The notes under the pieces are model-generated. The model was not told the DNA's origin, did not search any database, and worked only from the letters and a program-made list of their open reading frames with translations. Both the position numbers and the translations under genes were made by a program. A DNA stretch of 41,222 nt from Jimgerdemannia flammicorona (lineage: Eukaryota), in NCBI GenBank assembly GCA_003990765.1, contig RBNJ01000110.1, positions 1 through 41,222 on the forward strand. Reading direction: 5' to 3'. Shown here piece by piece: positions 10,742 to 23,878 of this stretch. How positions within the stretch are numbered: the stretch's first letter is position 1; every line of letters begins with the position of its first letter.

Positions 10742-13700
10742 ATGTCTGGTAATACTAGTAGTGCAAGCAGTGCACTAAGCCCTGGTAATACAGGCAGAAT
10801 GGGTACTGGCACAGATATAGCTCTCATTACAATAGTCATGATAACAATCATTCCAGTAGTAGTACTAACAACAATAGCAAAGAGAATGATTCCTATCTTT
10901 GACAATAAGGACTATGCCATATGGGCATACCATATGAAGAATCTCCTAGAGGAATGTGGTCTGGAGGATTATTAGAAGCAATAGGTGTAAATACTGACAT
11001 ACAATACTATAAAATATTACAAAGTGCTAAGGGAGATTACATTCACCCTTTCAAATATATAAATGAAGCTCATAATCAATACTACAATAGTGAACAAAGC
11101 CTGGGAGATCTTATGCAATCACCATCAACAGGCATCTGTATCAAACAGATTCTACCTAAAGGCACAACTATTCAATCTTCAAATAGAGTCTAAGGAGAGC
11201 ATCTTGGATTATGCCAACTATGTCAACAACCTAGCAAATCAAGTAAATTTCCTTACATCTATGACAGCAGACACTATCAAGGATAAAGACAAGATCCTGG
11301 CCCTTATGTGAGGCCTTCCCAAGGTATACAATGTAGTTGTCACTGCTATGTAAAAATCTGGCAAGCTATTAGACTATAAGCACATCATTACAAGCCTTTT
11401 AAATAAGGAATTAAGGCAGAGCAACAACAATGAAGCCAATAAGAAATATAATAAGAAAGCCTTCTACAGAGTATATAGGAACAAAGACAATAAGAAATAA
11501 GGCAAACTGAGCAAAGGTTGAGACCAACAATATAAGAAATTTGATAGTAAATACTTCTACTATAATATGCATAGACATCATATGCAGGACTACAACTGCA
11601 AAAAGAAGGAAAAGGGTGGCCAATAGTGAGGACAATGGCAGGTAAATGTGGTGGATGCCAGCAATGAAGGTAGTGATGGCAGAGGTCTATTCTTCACAGA
11701 TACAGTGACCTATACATATGCAAAAACTATTGAAATAGGAGGAAATTCAAAAAATGGTCTAACTGCTAGTTTTACCAATATCAGCTTTAGATGCAGTTTC
11801 AACAGTTCTAGCATCAGTTTGATATCTATAAATCCTGGTCAGCAAACCACTTTTCAGATTGTAAAAAATAGTGATATAAGTACCAATGTGAGTTATATAC
11901 CTAGCAATACTAATGTATATAGTAAAGAAGTCTGGCTCATGGATTCCAGTACAACTCAGCATATGATGGTATATTATGAGTAGTTCTCTATGTTTGAGAA
12001 GTTCGAGCATCTCATATCTATCAAGTTAGGTGATAATAATGTTATCTATACTCAAGACAAAAGCAATATTGATATACATTTATATAGGAACATTAACAAC
12101 CCCTCAGACACCTTTACAGACATATTGTATGCTTCAGATATAGGCAAAAATCTCTTCTTGATAGGCTGAATGATGGCTCAAGGTAATAAAGGAGTAAATA
12201 TATGCCTGAATGGTATAACAATAATCAATATAAAGAACAATAAGAAGCTAATGTATGCATCAAAAAAGGGAAACTTATATACAATTGATAGTATACCAAA
12301 TGGTGTAGTATTATCTGCATATTCTACAACTATGACTGGAGAGGATCTCTGGTGTATATGATATAAATGCTTAGGACATGTTAGCAAGATGAGCCTGGAA
12401 CAGATGATAAGGAGTAAGTCTATATATGGTTTACTGGACTATATGCTACAGGATTTCAGTTTTTGTGATAGATATATAGCAAACAAGGCTTCCTGGAGAC
12501 CTTTTCAAGAATGAACAAAGTGAGTAGCTGGTATTCTTGACCTGATATATACAGATATCTACAGTTCCATACAAATGGCAACATACTTCAGGAAGAAGTA
12601 TTTTATTACTTTTATTGATGATTATACTCATAAAGTCAATATATACTTTCTTATAGTAAAGAATGAGATATTCAAAAAATTCTGAGAATTTAAGATAACT
12701 ATGGAGAATGAAACAGAATATAGAATATGGACCCTATGCTTAGATAATGACAAGGAATACATCAACAAAGCTTTTGGATACTTCTTGAGAAAGTATGGGA
12801 TATAACATTATATGATAGCACCCTATACTCTCTAGCAGAATAGTGTAGTGGAGCAATTTAACTATACAGTAGTAGAAATGACTCAAATAATAATGAATAT
12901 GGATAGCTTATTTTACTCCTTCTGGGCTAAAGTGGTGAATACAGTGGTGTATATCTATAATCATTATGTTTCTCAAGTCTTAAGTAAGAAATGCAAGGAA
13001 TTCCATAACAATCAGTTAGGTGATCACAGGAATAATCTTACTCCTAAGAAATTATGAAGTAGATCCAAGTCAGATATCCCACACCTATGCATATTCAGAA
13101 GTGAGGCTTATATTCTGGATAAAGGTGACAATAGAGGCAAATTTGAGCTTAAGATGGATAAACATATATTTCTTGGATATGACAGAGTAGTATATAGACT
13201 GTGGAATCTGCAGAAATATTGTATGGTCATCTCTTGTAATGTCTAATTCAAGGAGATCAAGATAAAAAAACAGAAAATTTGTATGGAAATTCTTATCTCG
13301 AATCTGACAGTAAATCTGACAGTATAGCCAGTGACATCTATGCTAACTTCAAGGGCTAGCAGAATGGCATTTATACTTGAAATGGCAGTCAAAATAACTA
13401 TAAAGGCATCTCTAGTACCTATGCCACCACCAGCACAACCTATATTTATACCAATGAGACTATTAGAGTCAAGAATTACAGAAATTACAGATAAGGACAA
13501 CAAAGAGAATACCTCTCTGAAGGGCAAGAAAAAGCACAAATCTAGGCTACAGAACAAAGTAGAGACAGATTTAGAAGGTTATTGGGATACTCTAAAGAAA
13601 TCTCATAGTAGCAAATATCATATAAACTACACCTGTGAATGCACTTATATAGCTATGGCAGATGAGCCTTCAATCTATGATAAAGCTATACATTTAGATG

Positions 13701-15238
13701 ATAATAGGAAATAGAAAAAGGCTATGGATGAGGAGTACAGTTTGCTCATTAAGAATAACATCTGGGATCTAGTTTCTCTCCTAGTGGATAGGTAAGCCAT
13801 TAGATCTTAGTAGGTCTACAAAGTTAAACAGAATAGTCAAGGTGGCATAGAGTAGTATAAAGCTCAATTTGGTGCAAAGAGATACTTGCAAGGCTATGGC
13901 ATGGACTATGATGAGACATTTTCCCCAGTATTCAAGCTTACTTCATTTAGAATACTTCTTGCGATTGAAGTTAAATATGACTATAAAATCCACCAAATGG
14001 ATATAAAGACAGCCTTCTTGAATAGTAATATAGATATGGAACTATATGTTCATCAGCTATAGAGATATGAACTCTATAATGATAATCAGAATAAGCTCAT
14101 ATGTAAACTATACAAAGAGCTCTATAGAATCAAGTAAGTGGTATAACTTTGGAATAGAAAAATTGACGAATATCTCTTAGACAATAGATTTGAATGTTGC
14201 GAAGCCCATTTATGCATATACATCTGATATATATCCTTAGAAATAGTATACCTAGGAATTTGGGTTGATGATATCATTCTGGTCAGAATGGTGAGTGAAA
14301 TCAACAAGATAAAGTCAGTATTATACAAAGAATTCAAGATGACAGATATGGGTAACATGTCTTTCCTTTTAAGAATATCTATTATACATGATAAGAGTAT
14401 GCAGACTATACACCTGAGCCAAGAAGCCTATGTTCAAACTATACTCAAATAATTCAGTATGAGTGAATGTAAGCCAGTTGAGATACCTATAGAGACATCT
14501 ATGAGGTTAAAGAAGTCTGATACTATACCTGAAGATAATGATATCCCCTATTGATAAGCTGTGGAATCTCTCATATATCTTATGCTCAGGATAAGACCCA
14601 ACATATTCTATGCCATGAACAAGGTAGTACAATACTCATCATACTATAATAATATGCATTAGATGGTAGTTAAGTGCATCCTTTGGTATATCAAGGGAAC
14701 AGCATACTATATACTCAGTTTAGATAGTGATAAGAGATAAAGTGGAAGTACTATGAATCTCTCCAGTACATGTGATACTGATTGGGCCAGTGATTTGGAT
14801 GATAGAAGGTCTATAACTGGATACCTTTTTAAAATTAGTAAATGTACAAGCAATCTTCAGTGGCGATATCTTCTATATAAGCAGAATACCAAGTATTGTC
14901 AATGGCAATAAAGGAAGCTATATGGCTTCAGAAACTACTAAAGGAGTTAGGATATAAGCAATGGCTCTCTACACTACTCAAGTAAGATAACTAGTCAATA
15001 ATAGCTTTGGCAAAGAACTCTATACATCATACTAGAATAAAACACATTGACATACAGTACCATTTCATACATGAATGCATGGAAAAAGGAACTATATACA
15101 TATCTTGAATACACTCTGATGGAGTATATGATAGCATATTTATTGACTAAAGCTCTTTTAAAGACAAAGTTTAACTTATGTGTACAAGGAATAGATATTA
15201 TGGGGCTATACACTGGTAATAAGGACATTTTGGGATAA
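10742..15238 (+). pseudogene. Copia C gag-pol
   Basis: YAIWAYHMKNLL and LM*GLPKVY (gag), WLMDSSTTQHM (protease), CLGHVS (pre-integrase), FITFIDDYT (integrase), AMDEEY..LIKNNIWDLV, HQMDIKTAFL, IWVDDII (RT), DWASDLDDRRSITGY, KHIDIQYHF, LLTKAL (RNase H). Confidence 0.93.
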
Positions 15239-15435
15239 TATAGAATAATAGAGTAGTAGCAAACCTCTCTTCTAACATTGATTTTGTATTGGTGATTTCT
15301 ACTAATATTTATCATCTATATGTATATATTCATCATACTGTTTTTCAACCTATTTTCAAGCCTATAACCAGAGAATTTGAGCATTTTTCAGTTTTTAGAT
15401 AGTAATCAAATATTGTAGTAGGATTTGCAAAGGTT

Positions 15436-15478
<43 letters not shown>

Positions 15479-15553
15479 TTTTTTTTTTTTTATAGTCCCA
15501 TGGACTCCATCTTTATTACCAGTCTATGAATAAGTATACAATATCACCACCCA

Positions 15554-18500
15554 CTATCCAATCCCCATCGGGGGGCCCCTCCCCACCTCTTCACGTATAA
15601 AGACCATCCTCTCACCAATAACTCCAACTCTCCCACCACTCTGACCACAGATTTTCACCACCAAGTGGAACCTCCGACCCCCCTGCAGCCCCCAACCAAG
15701 CCACCAGCCTGTCAAGGTATCCTCCATAAGGCCCTGCCACCGTGATAACCTGCTCCCTAAGCTCTGTCGCCTCCCCTCCTCAAATACAAATAGCCAGTGA
15801 CTGGCCAGCCCAACCCAAATAGCCAATGCCCAGCCTAGAGTAATCTACTCCTCCCCTACCCCTCCTAACAATCGATCCCTCAGGTCCTCCCACCTCCCCC
15901 GTACATCATCACCCCTATGTCTTATCTCCAAGCGGTCCCCAATAGTCTGCCAAAAGTCTCCCAACACCTCATACTCCCCTAGCCAATGTTCCGGTCTCTG
16001 TACAAATTCCCCTTCCTGCCCTACATTATGGCACTCCTTGCAGTCAAAGCAGCCCCCTACAACAAGGTGTTCTGAGCGGAAGTTAAGCATCACATTCCTC
16101 CTCAGCATGTGCCACTAGACCACCCAGTACTTCGGTGGCATCCAATTTTTCACTACTGCACTCCAGGTCCAAACCCCATACCAGTCTCACTCCTCACCAA
16201 TTCCTACTCCTTGCCAACCACTAGGCCACAGATCCTGGCCTGGTCCCCTTTGGCATTCAATTCCATCACCAATGTCGAACTCAAGTAATGGCATGCCTCC
16301 CAGAAGAATGCCATCCCATCTCTACATTGCCAGGCCCCAAGCCCTCTCTCCCTTATCCCCTCACCAGCAAATACTAATGCAGTGTGCACCTTTGGCTATC
16401 CCCCACCAGAAGCCTTTATATCTCAGTTGTGCAGTATTCTGAAGCCCAACTAATGAAAGAAGATCACCAGTCAAGCCTCTTGGAGATGTCCGCCTCTCCC
16501 AAACCTTCTGCAGCAGGGGAACCCAACCCCCTCCATGCAACTCCACTGCCCTTCGAAGCCACCATGCCCTCAAGCAGTGTAGCCTTTTGGGGAAGTCTAC
16601 TAGTCCAAGACCACCTCTTGCCACCAGTAGGGACAAAGTCTCCCAACCAATCTGACTCCATCTGCCAGCCCAAATCCATCCCTTGGCCACCCTCACCAAT
16701 CTCTTCACCACCCAGGCTGGGAAGTCCAGATGATAAGCCAAGTACCACAGCTTTGGCAGCCAGTATACATTCAAAATCGAGATCCTTCCTGCCAGAGAGA
16801 AGTGTCTTCCCCCCCAACCCCACAGGTCTTCCTCCCAAATTCCAATCCTCTGCTCCCACCACAGCCTGGGCAGAACAGACCCATAGACTGACAAATAGAT
16901 GCCCAAGTACCGCACTGCCTCTCCAGTGGGGACAATTGTTCCAATAACTTCTCCACCCACCAGGCCGTTGCCCAGCACCATTGTTTTGCACTTGTGCCAA
17001 TTCAGCTTCGCCCCAGAGTTCTCCTCATATCACTCCACTGTCTTCTTGAGCTCCTCAACATCCGCAGTCACTCCCAAACCAACCATCATGTCATCTGCAA
17101 AGGCTCCAACTTTCCAGCCAATGCCATAGATAGAGAGCCCCACTATCCTCCACCGAATCCTGTCCATTAGAGGTTCCAAGGAAAGAGCATACAAAATGGG
17201 GGACAATGGGTCCCCCTGGGGCACTCCCCTACCCAGAGGGAATGCTACCCCTCTATGCCTATTACACACGAGTGCAGCCCTACTCCTTTCCAGTAGGCTG
17301 ACCATCGCTGACCGAAATGAGACCGGAATCCCAATTCTATCTAATACTTTTGCCAGCCAGACTCGCTGCACCCAGTCATAAGCCTTCTCCTGGTCCAAGA
17401 AGACAAGATGCCCATCCAGTCCACAGGCTCGAGCACCTTCAATAATGCCATGTACCCAGGCCATGCCATCTCTAATAAGCCGACCCCCTATGAAGCCCCT
17501 CTGCTCAACACCCACAATTTGCTGGGCCACCTTCTGTAGCCTTGTGACCACCACCTTAGTCACCAACTTTCTGTCCATATCTAGCAACATTATTGGCCAC
17601 CAGTTCTTCCAATCCTCTCACCTTCCTTTGTTCTTATAAAGCAGCATCACCAGCCCAAGATCCTGCTCCCCCACCCATCTCCCTCACTGCAATATAGAGT
17701 CGCACAGTACCATCAACTCCCCCAACATGCCTGGGACTCCAACCATTCGCTTCCAGAAGTCCCAGGGGAGGTCATCCTCTCCAGGTGCCATACCTGAGGC
17801 TGTTATGGCAAGAACCTGGTCGATCTCTTCCTCCTTTACCAGTATCCCCAGATCACCTAATCCCTTAGCTTGTGGTGGGTGCCAATCTTCTAATATTTGG
17901 TCAATGGCTGTAGCATCTGCCCCACCCTCCTCCTCACTCCACAATCCACTCCATCGCGCCTTCAGCATTCCAAGGATATCCTGTACACTATGTACTAGTA
18001 TACCATCTGAGTCAAGTACCCCTTCCTACTGCTGCTGCACCCTTCTCGCTCGAAGTGTCCTTGTGAGAAACTTGGAAGGCCTCTCCCCTTCCTCCAGCCC
18101 CTGCCAATGAAGCTGTACCACCAGGCCTTGCACCCTTGACTCTTCCTCTTCCTGCAGCACCTGTTGTAGTTCCCCAACCTCTATCTTCACCCTTGTTATT
18201 CTCCAATCCTCTACTCCCTCCACTACTGCCAGTCTCGCCCACTCCTCCAGGAGCCTAGCCAATCTAGTAGAAGCCCAATACACCCTCTGTCTTCGCTGCT
18301 TCTCAGCCACTCTGCCAGCCTCACTCCAATACATCTTGGCCATCTCTTTCATCCTCATCCACCGAACCCCAATTTCAGCCCCTTCCTGCCACCAACTCGC
18401 CACCTTCAGCTGAATGTCTTTCACCCACTCCTCCCACCAGGACTCATCATCCAACAAGGAGGAATTTAGGTGCCAATGTCCCGGCCCATCACCACTTCCC

Positions 18501-19212
18501 CCAAACACCCCTGTCCTAAAAGGCCCCAGTGATCTGACCACAGACACCATTCCGCCTCTAGCACCTTCCAAACATCACGGCCCCAATAGTCGGCTGTCAG
18601 AATCCAGTCAATCCTTGTCCCCAGACCTCCAGCCCAATGCATATAGACCCTCCTGTCCCCCTAGTACTCCCTACCAGCATCCATCAGTGCCCCTAGCCTC
18701 TTGACCTCCTCCCACATTGCCAGCCCCCCACTCTTGCTCTCAGCACCCTGTCCTCCATCAGTTCTATCCAGCTGTACATCCCAAATTATATTGAAATCTC
18801 CTCCAAGCATATCCAACCCAGCTTCAGCAAGAATCCTACTCTCCAGGAGCTCTTTCACCCAATCCACATGCTCCCCCCGCACAGCAGGGCAGTAACAAGA
18901 GCCAATGGTGACTGGTTCCCAACCTGCACGAATCCACTTGCCCCAGACCAGTCTCTCCCCCCAGCTTCTCACATCCCTTATCTCCCCTCTGCCTTTCCGA
19001 ACCAGAATCCTGACCTTGCTATTCCAAATCGCCATGCCACCCCATTCCTTAGACCATTTCATCCTATCAGAGTCATCCTCGCACCTAACATCCTGCAAGA
19101 GGAAGAGATCGGCCTCCAATCCCTTCAACCAGATAAAAATGTTCCTGCATCTAACAGTGCCCCTCAACCCATTCATGTTCAAAGAAAAAATATTGGTTGT
19201 ACTGTTCATAAT
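15554..19212 (-). pseudogene. LINE ORF2: AP-endonuclease, reverse transcriptase, C-terminal Cys-containing region
   Basis: SLNMNGL, LLQDVR, GGDFN (APE); GERPSKFL; LDQEKAYD, GVPQGDPLSPILY, AFADD, YLGI, LSLAGR-like FSLAGR (RT and thumb). Several stops and frameshifts. Confidence 0.93.
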
Positions 19213-19239
19213 GAAATACGGTTTGTTCTCAATCAATCT

Positions 19240-21270
19240 CTACTGCTCCATGCCCCTCTCCTCCTGTGCCATGTCCAGATTATGTTCAGCCATCACCTCC
19301 TCCTCTTCAGCCCTCTGAGCCTCCAGTCCAGCCAACAGCTCATTCATCTCCTCATCAGCCTTCTCCTCAAACTCCTCTCTGTACTCGATGCAAGCCTCCT
19401 GCCAAAGCTGCAACCAATGACACCTGTTCCAACAGTACTCAGTCTTCTCCCCAGCAACAACTGCCAACTCTGCCTCCCTCTCCTTGTCCACCTCATACCC
19501 TTCCTCCTCCAGATACACCATAAGAATTTCCACCTTCAGCACCATCACCACTCCTTCCCTCTGCAAAATTCTTATCCAGTGCTTGTCCCCCATCCCATGC
19601 AAGTCCACCTCCCCCAGCTCTTCTGCCACCAGATTATTCATCATCCGGTACACCCAAAGTAGGTTCCCCACCTCCTTCCCACCCAGGGTCGCTGGCCTCC
19701 CTCCGTCCAGCATCATGGTGTCAGCTCCAGTGCTCGCATCCTCACCCCACACCTCCGGGACATCCACCAGTTCCTCCTCTCTGGCCGCCACTCCTTGGTC
19801 CCCATCCATTACCTCTGAAATGCTGAATTTCACCTGCTGGGTCCCCAGCATCGTCACATCCTCCCCAGACTTATGCCTAGAAGCTGGGCCACACCTGATA
19901 AGAGGGGAAGGGGTGGGGGAGTTCTCCCAGACTTTATCCCAAACCTCCAAGGTGCCATCCGCATATGGGTCGCTAATCTTCGCCTCTTTTGCCTTCCCTG
20001 TCTTTGCTCCATCATTCCCACTCCTCTCCCCAGCCCAGACACTCGCTCTGGCCCCTTCTGCACCCATCTTCATACTCGCATCCTTCTGTGGTCCAACCCC
20101 CAGTTTAGCCAGCAGATTCTTCTGCCTCTTCTGCCCCTGAGCCCTTTCCCACTGCACCTTGTCTACTCGAATCCTCTTTCCATCCACTACCTCCAGGTGC
20201 ATCGACTCGTCGAAAGTCTTCCAGGCCTTAGCTCGCCATTCCACAGCCCCATCCAGCTCCTCTAGCGCTTCTAATAAATCTTCCTCCTCTTCTTCACTTT
20301 CTTTCGCCTGTATCACCTTGCACAGGAATGCTCCCCAAACCATCACCAAAGGCCAGTCCCTCATCTTCCCCATAGCCTCTTTCCCAGCTAGCCGAATCCT
20401 CACATCCACATCCCCAGTCCTGAGTGTGGTCCCTTCCCAGACCCTGAATCCAATATCCACCACCTCTCTGTACTCTGCCATGACATCCTCCACTCTCTTT
20501 CTCATCTCCATCGCCGTCACCATGGATACTCCTTTCACCAGCAGTTGGACTACCCTCAGATCCCATTTCAAGCACCTCACTATCAGAATACATACCTCCC
20601 CAACCACTAACCCAATCTTCAGTACCTCCTCCAGTGGTTCAACCTCCTCAAAACCCACCTCCACCCCCTCCAGCCCCTTCAGAAACTTCACTGAAGCCAC
20701 TCCTGCCACCTACTTAGTGATAAGCCCCAACACCATTTTTGCTGTCACCGCCAAGCCCCGGAAGCACAGTGTAACTGTGAATGCCAAGATCGACTTCTTG
20801 AGTAACGGAGCCACCGCCAGTCCCATTACACCATCTGCCAGGTCCCTGGGCCTTGTGCCCTTCCCACCGCTCAGCTCTCCATCAGCAGTCCCATTTAGAT
20901 TTTTTTCCAGATTGACTGTCACACCCCCATCAGCAGTTCCCGCCCCAGCCACTACCCCCCCAGCTCCACTCTTATGGCCCTCTAGAGAGGAACCCTCAAG
21001 GGATTGCTGCCTGGTAGCCTTCACCGGTATCTTCCCCCCTCTCAGCCAGCTCTCCAGTCCAGCTCCCTACTGACCCCCCTTCACCTTCTCCACAAAGCTC
21101 ACCCTGCCAGATCCCTGCCCTCCAGCTCCTCCCCCTCCTCCACCATGGCCTCCTGCCAGTAGGCCCCTCATACTTCCCCCCAAGCCGGGGCCTCTCCCCA
21201 CTTGCTGTCATTCAAATGCTCCAGGGCCACCCTGCCCAGTATGTACCTCCAGATACTCATTAGTCACCAT
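19240..21270 (-). pseudogene. LINE ORF1 (disrupted)
   Basis: Homologous along its length to 37857-39881; Gly-rich N-terminus, RRM-like AEYxEVVDIGFRVWEGTxLRTGD segment, acidic helical C-terminus. Confidence 0.85.
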
Positions 21271-21392
21271 GATACTAGTAGCTTTTCTCCAGAAACTGTG
21301 TCCAAAGTGTTGCCAAAAGGTTGTGTAACCTGAATGTTACCAGAGAAAGATGTTTTTTTTCTTTATAGTTTGCATATCTTATTAAGTAAGAG

Positions 21393-21546
21393 TGTTGAAA
21401 TTCCTAGAATTTGAGTTACATCTCAATATGCAGTGGTATAGCTAATCCTTGACTATATCATCAATTAATATATGTTAAAGTATGTATTCTGTAATCAATA
21501 ATAAACAACCCTCTTCTTGTGAGCCTCTTCTGAGTATTCCACAACA
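21393..21546 (+). repeat. 3' LTR of Copia C
   Basis: TGTTG...CAACA, preceded by a decayed purine tract and followed by TSD AAGCT. Confidence 0.93.
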
Positions 21547-21551
21547 AAGCT

Positions 21552-22535
21552 AGAGCAATAATTAATCTAAATACCTAAAAGATACAGATCATCTACTAAG
21601 GACTGAAGATGCAGATTTCCATCAATGTTAACAAAAAAGTACTCTGTAAAATAGAGGAAGAAGAAAGCAAAAGAGAAAGTCTATATAGTTACTACTTAGA
21701 AAAAGAAGAAGAAAGTTAAATGGATCAGTAAAGAAGACTAGTACAAGAGAGTTATTGAAAGATATATACTACAAGGAGTCTGTTCAAATGGAATTAATAT
21801 ATACTATATGGAGTATATTGATGATTGCTACTAATATATCAGTATAATCAAGAAGATCTACTATAAGAAGATAAAAGATCCTTAAGAAATAGGCAAGAGA
21901 AGAGAAGGAGGAGGAAAAGAATGATAAACCACCAGCCCTTCTAGAAAACAGTGATGATGAAAAGGAGATCAAGGTCAAGATTCAGAAAATCCACTCTGAT
22001 ATAGTTCTACTAGAATACAAGTTAGAGAATATAGTAAGAATAGATATTATTATAGTAGAATAAACCATACTTGAGCCCCAGATAACTACCCTACTTACTA
22101 CTGGTCTAAAGATGACTATTCCAAAAGAATATATCAGAATTCTCAAGATAAGAAATAGTCTGACTAAGAGTGAGATTACTATTGAAGAAGAAGTCATTGA
22201 TTCTGATTATATCAGAGAAATACTACTTATTACTAGGAACTACAACCTTATGATTCTATTTCTAATTAAGAAGAACTGACTAGTGCAGATATTAATCTTT
22301 TTAGTTCTTTAGCTAAAGATCATAGAAGTCAAGAAGTTGAAGGAAACAGAGAGAGGAAGAAAAGGATTCAGATCTATAGAAAGAGAAGTATTTGTTAGCA
22401 GCAAGATTACCAAACTACATCACAAGAAAGAGAAAACTACAAACAAGCATAGTTATATTATTAGCTATAAAAACTATTAGACATAATTATCTCTACTACC
22501 ATTTACTGAAACTGACTCAAGAAGTATTATAGCTA
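21552..22535 (+). pseudogene. Gypsy A protease end and dUTPase, fused by deletion to the integrase tail
   Basis: EVIDSDYIREILL and TERGRKGFRS motifs at ~21968-22380; jump at ~22463 from B-equivalent ~5670 to ~8210. Confidence 0.88.
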
Positions 22536-22988
22536 ATCCACAGAGTACTTCTACAGTCTTCAAGATTACCAATACTATACAATAAGCCATAGAAAGATAA
22601 TGGTGTATTACTGAGCCACTCTAAATAGAAGAATCCTTCAATAGTATCCAGAGTATAGTATAGATACACTTGTTATAAATTTCACATTTTAAGATCTATT
22701 AGAACTAGACTGAGTTTCAAGAATACTTTAAGTTAGAACAGCTACTGAACTCACAGCCAGAGATGGGAAAAGAAGACTGGATTAGAGAATGCCAGCTCTC
22801 TTATATATATATAAATCACTATCACCAAATAAGTTAATAAGTTATTCAAAGATAATGAGCCAGCCCTAGCTTATTTCTCAAAAGTAGTCCCAGGAGACTT
22901 CAGATATATCAAGAGATACTATTAGGAGAATATAATAATTATACAGTATAAGAAGATATGACTTGTAGAAGCTTGGGAGTTTGAGTGA
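22529..22988 (+). pseudogene. Extra ORF3 of Gypsy A
   Basis: Orthologous to 8277-8737: KITNT, EPL, IEES, FQEYFKL, EAWEFE*; start ATG decayed to ATA. Confidence 0.78.
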
Positions 22989-23029
22989 ATAAGATGTTTC
23001 AGAGATAAATTATCTATTCAAAAGGAAGT

Positions 23030-23522
23030 TGTAATGGTTGATCTGAATTAGGAATATAAATCAGAGAAATAGATATTTGATCATAGTCTCTGAATCCAAT
23101 TCCCAAATATAGTATAGCCTTACAAATAGCAGTCATTTTACAAATATTAAAGTTTTGACAAATGTTAATATTTTTACAAATATTGAGATTTTACAAATGT
23201 TAAATCTTGATGATTATCAAAGATTTAACAGATATTAAGAATTAATACTTATGAAGAGTGACTCATAGGAAACATAGTCATAACTTAGCCACCTTATAGC
23301 TAGCAAACTTATATAAATATTCTCAGTATCTAGAGTGAATAAATCTCAGATTGAAATAGTTCCAAGTAAAGAGAAAGCAAGAGAACTAGTAAGTCTGTAG
23401 GCAGATACACTTTGAACTCACCTACTCCTGCATCTCAAGAACTCTGTGGAGTCAAAGAAGATCAAGTTTTCAAGATACAGAAATCCAACATACTCAGACA
23501 GTTATGCATCCACTATGTTATA
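23030..23522 (+). repeat. 3' LTR of Gypsy A
   Basis: Preceded by AAAAGGAAG; direct repeat of 1667-2159. Confidence 0.93.
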
Positions 23523-23878
23523 TTATATAAAAAAATATTATTATTAACTTTGTGAATATAGTTTATAATTATTTAAATATTATAAATTATATACATATTG
23601 CAAATTTGAAATCTTTAGTTTTTTAATTTATATTAATATAAAATCTTTTAATTAAGTTCAGTAATTATTATTTATATTATATACTGATGTATTATTTTCG
23701 AAGAGTTAGGACTGCTATTTCACCAAATTGCAAGGTCTAATTCCAGGCGCAAGACTTCTGCACAGCCGACAACCGTGACCCGAATGTTTACCGGTCTTTA
23801 GTGGCTTGTAACGCCAATATGCTGCGGACAAGTTGAATAAGGCACGCCACATCAATTTCCACCGTAGGAAATCGAAAT

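Larger units (their letters stand above)
15438..21354 (-). mobile_element. Full-length non-LTR retrotransposon (L1/Tx1-like LINE) in the Copia 3' UTR
   Basis: Poly(A) tail (T-run 15438-15491), ORF1 and ORF2 with APE and RT. 5' end matches the copy starting at ~37773. Inserted in a T-tract, so the TSD is hidden. Confidence 0.93.
10523..21546 (+). mobile_element. Ty1/Copia LTR retrotransposon C inserted in the protease region of A
   Basis: Short LTRs 10525-10677 and 21393-21546 (TGTTG...CAACA); 5-bp TSD AAGCT (10518-10522, 21547-21551); domain order gag-PR-IN-RT-RH. Confidence 0.95.
1667..23522 (+). mobile_element. Ty3/Gypsy LTR retrotransposon A (outer element, internally deleted, hosts nested insertions)
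   Basis: Matching LTRs 1667-2159 and 23030-23522; 4-bp TSD TTAT (1663-1666 and 23523-23526); PBS after the 5' LTR; purine tract before the 3' LTR. Internal pieces 2160-2561, 9213-10522 and 21552-23029 are collinear with element B. Confidence 0.92.

Noticed and set aside
11648-11930. Captured gene in the Ser/Thr/Asn-rich stretch between Copia gag and protease
   Set aside because: No recognisable motif; consistent with a variable linker altered by transitions.
3062-15238. Alternative genetic code or stop readthrough explaining the in-frame stops
   Set aside because: All three stop types occur, differ between copies and come with missense transitions in catalytic motifs; host genes use the standard code.
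16384-21073. Long plus-strand Ser/Pro-rich ORFs (187, 264, 218, 304 aa)
   Set aside because: Antisense shadows of the purine-rich LINE ORFs; low complexity, no motifs.
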